From contig CM059432.1 in the NCBI GenBank assembly GCA_030390025.1, forward strand, positions 14,076,001 to 14,140,000: 64,000 bases of DNA, given 5' to 3'. The DNA comes from Squalus acanthias. Taxonomy: Eukaryota. How positions within the stretch are numbered: the stretch's first letter is position 1; each line of letters opens with the position of its first letter. Below, in pieces: positions 61,506 through 64,000 of this stretch. The notes below the pieces were generated by a model. It saw nothing but the letters and a program-made list of their open reading frames with translations, did no database searches and was not told the origin of the DNA. The position numbers and the translations under genes are program-made.

Positions 61506-62039
61506 TTAATCTTTCTTCCTTTCTTTGTTTCCTTCAGTGTACAGTTGTGTTTGAGCAGCAGAAGCTTAAGGTCAGCGCCAGGGGTGGTGGCAAGGGGCAG
61601 AGCTGACTGCAGAGCAGGACCATTCCAACTGAGCCACGGTGGCACATAGGACAACCTCAGTGAGGCGTGGAAAGTTTGACCGCTTGCCGATTTTCATCTG
61701 TAAATGCAGACAAGCAGGCAGTGGGTCTGGATAACTCTCTGGTATTAAAGAGTATCTGATGGCATGCATGGTCTCTTGATGTCATGAGTGGAATAATGCA
61801 TGAAGACAATAGCAGCAACATAAGTTTGATGTTAAATTAAATAAACCTTCATGAGCATCATGGCCAGGATTTTAGTGTCCCTGGCACATGCTGGGAGCAC
61901 ATATTGGGACATTTGACACCCCATGCCGAGATTTACTTTGTGAGGGCGGAATTGAAAAATCTCAGCCTACAGTTTCAATAATAAAATAATACACAATTTT
62001 TCTTATAATAAATCTATTATTTTCTGGAACGTGGAAATT

Positions 62040-62222
62040 ACATAGAATTACTTAAAACTTACAGTACAGAAATGGGCCAACTGGCCTATGCCTGTGTTTA
62101 TGCTCCACATGAGCCTCTGCCCACCATACTTCATCTCACCCTATCAACATATCCTCCTAGTCCTCTCTCCCTTCATCTAGCTTCCCCTTAAACGCATTTC
62201 AACTCAACCACTCCATGTGGTT
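62040..62222 (-). mobile_element. CR1 3' end, diverged
   Basis: tatgctccac and tctagcttcccctta..caaccactccatgtgg match the reverse complement of the 44540-44720 family. Confidence 0.65.
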
Positions 62223-63037
62223 GCGGAAGTTTGTTGTGAGTAATTTAAACTATACGTTTGCTTTGAAATTTAATTGAATCACACCTGAATGAAATAGCTG
62301 AATTGCTGTGCATAGAAAGATGATTGACAATCCCCTAGTACAACCTACAATGCCACACATTACCAACTATCCCACGGCAACAAGGGTGCACATCAACAAG
62401 CTAGATGAGTTCTGAAGCGTTAACTCTGTTTCTCTCTCCACAGATGTTGCCTGACCTGCTGAGTATTTCCAGCATTTTCTGTTTTTATAGAGAAGATTTC
62501 TTCACCATTTCAAACAGTCGTGATTGAAATAGTGTTTTTTTTTGAAGGGCCAAGGCCAATATTGCAGGCCATCTCTATGTGCAATACTCTCCTCTTTTTA
62601 TTCTGGAAGTGACATTTATTTTTGTCTGCAATTTCTGCTCAGGGTGATCAGATTCGGTTAGTCCATAAGATTTGATTTTCCTTGAAACCATCCAACTTTT
62701 ATTTTGGGAGTTGAAAGAGTCGTTTTCTTCACAATTGCAGTATCTCGTGATTTATGTCATCCTGTGTTTACAAATAAATGACCAGCGGATTGCCGATATT
62801 TCTTACAAAGACGGTGCCCATTTGATAACCTTGTGTCTCAGGAAGTCCATTTCCTCCTCTATAAAGCTCCCTTTCCTTGAGATTTCTTTGCCCTGTTTCT
62901 GGTCATCATTGTGTTGTATTGTAATGAGGGAAACTAAAAATCCTTACACGCACAGGAAGCTCTTGTGTCATATTGCAAGGCCCCCATCTGACTCAAAGTA
63001 TTAACCTCCACAGCCTCTCTAGAAACAGATACAGACT

Positions 63038-63290
63038 GTGGTTGTGGGTTCAAGTCCCACTCCAGAGACTTGAGCACAAAATCTAGGTTGCCACTTCAGT
63101 GCAGTGCTGAGGGAGTGCTGCACTGTCGGAGGTGCTGCCTTTCGGCTGAGATGTTAATCCGAGGCCCTGTCTGCCCTCTTAGATGGACGTAAAGGATCCC
63201 ATGGCACTATTTCGAAGAAGAGCAGGGGAGCTCTCCTCAGTGTCCTGGCCAATATTTATCCCTCAATCAACAGTGCTAAAAAACAGACTG
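63038..63290 (+). mobile_element. Deu-domain SINE fragment
   Basis: ggttgtgggttcaagtcccactcc..aaggatcccatggcac. Confidence 0.8.
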
Positions 63291-63382
63291 TGGAACCTAT
63301 GGAGACTGTAACAAAGACCTCATGGCAGTGAAGCTCTTTTTCCTTCTGTTTCTTTGAGGTCTCCTTCCATGACTCTGTCCTT

Positions 63383-64000
63383 ACAAAAGCAAAATACTGC
63401 GGATGCTGGAAATCTGAAATAAAAACAGAAAATGCTGGAAATACTCAGCAGGTCAGGCAGCATCTGTGGAGAGAGAAACAGAGTTAGCGTTTCAGGTTGA
63501 TGACCCTTCGTCAGAACTGGAAAAAGCTGGAGATGGAACAAGTTTTTAAGGAAGTGCAGGAGCAGGGAAAGGGGGGGGGGAGGGGAGGAAAGAACAAAAG
63601 GGAAGGTCTGTGATAGGATGGAAGGCAGGAGAGGTTAAGAGACAAAAGGGATGATGGTGCAGGGCAAAAGGAGATGGTAATGGGACAAGTTAAGAAACAA
63701 AAGATGGCTCGAGATGAAGCTCGAGACTGGCAGAATGATCGACAGCTGCCATGTGAGAGAGAGAAAAAAAAATAAATGAAAAAAAAGATAGGGGCAGAAG
63801 TTATAGTCTGAAATTGTTGAACTCGATGTTGAGTCCAGAAGGCTGTAAAGTGCCTAATCGAACGATGAGGTGCTGTTCCTCGAGCTTACATTGAGCTTCA
63901 TTGGAACAGTGTAAGAGACCGAGGACGGTGAGGTCAGAGTGGGAGTGGAGTGGAGAATTAAAGTGACAGGCGACCGGAAGCTCGGGGCTCACCCTTACGG
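63383..64000 (-). mobile_element. Penelope-like element 3' part (same family as 3174-6060), runs off window
   Basis: ORF 63801-63992 PVACHFNS..EEQHLIVRLGTLQPSGLNIEF; 3' repeat with a degenerate hammerhead at 63482-63518. Confidence 0.9.

Overview
This is eukaryotic, repeat-saturated DNA. Its SINE and LINE families (HE1-like V-SINE, SacSINE1-like Deu-SINE, CR1/HER1-like LINEs) point to a cartilaginous fish (shark); the species cannot be determined. I found no convincing host protein-coding gene, so the window looks intergenic or deep-intronic. It is dominated by nested transposable elements. These include many CR1 fragments from several subfamilies, L2 fragments, a second CR1/L2-group LINE family, and an RTE 3' fragment with a 51-bp target duplication. 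Penelope-like elements of two families carry minimal hammerhead ribozyme motifs. A nearly intact 4.16-kb two-gene PIF/Harbinger transposon (DDE transposase plus a 3-exon Myb/SANT gene, TIRs, TSD) is accompanied by Harbinger relics and MITEs. There is also a complete but frameshifted 4.3-kb Gypsy element with CsRn1-clade hallmarks, and three solo LTRs. The main points are the near-revivable Harbinger, the ribozyme-bearing Penelopes (one with twin-priming geometry), the young CsRn1-like provirus, and recurring breakpoints in CR1 and SINE copies. Nothing here can be shown from sequence alone to be a wholly new system.
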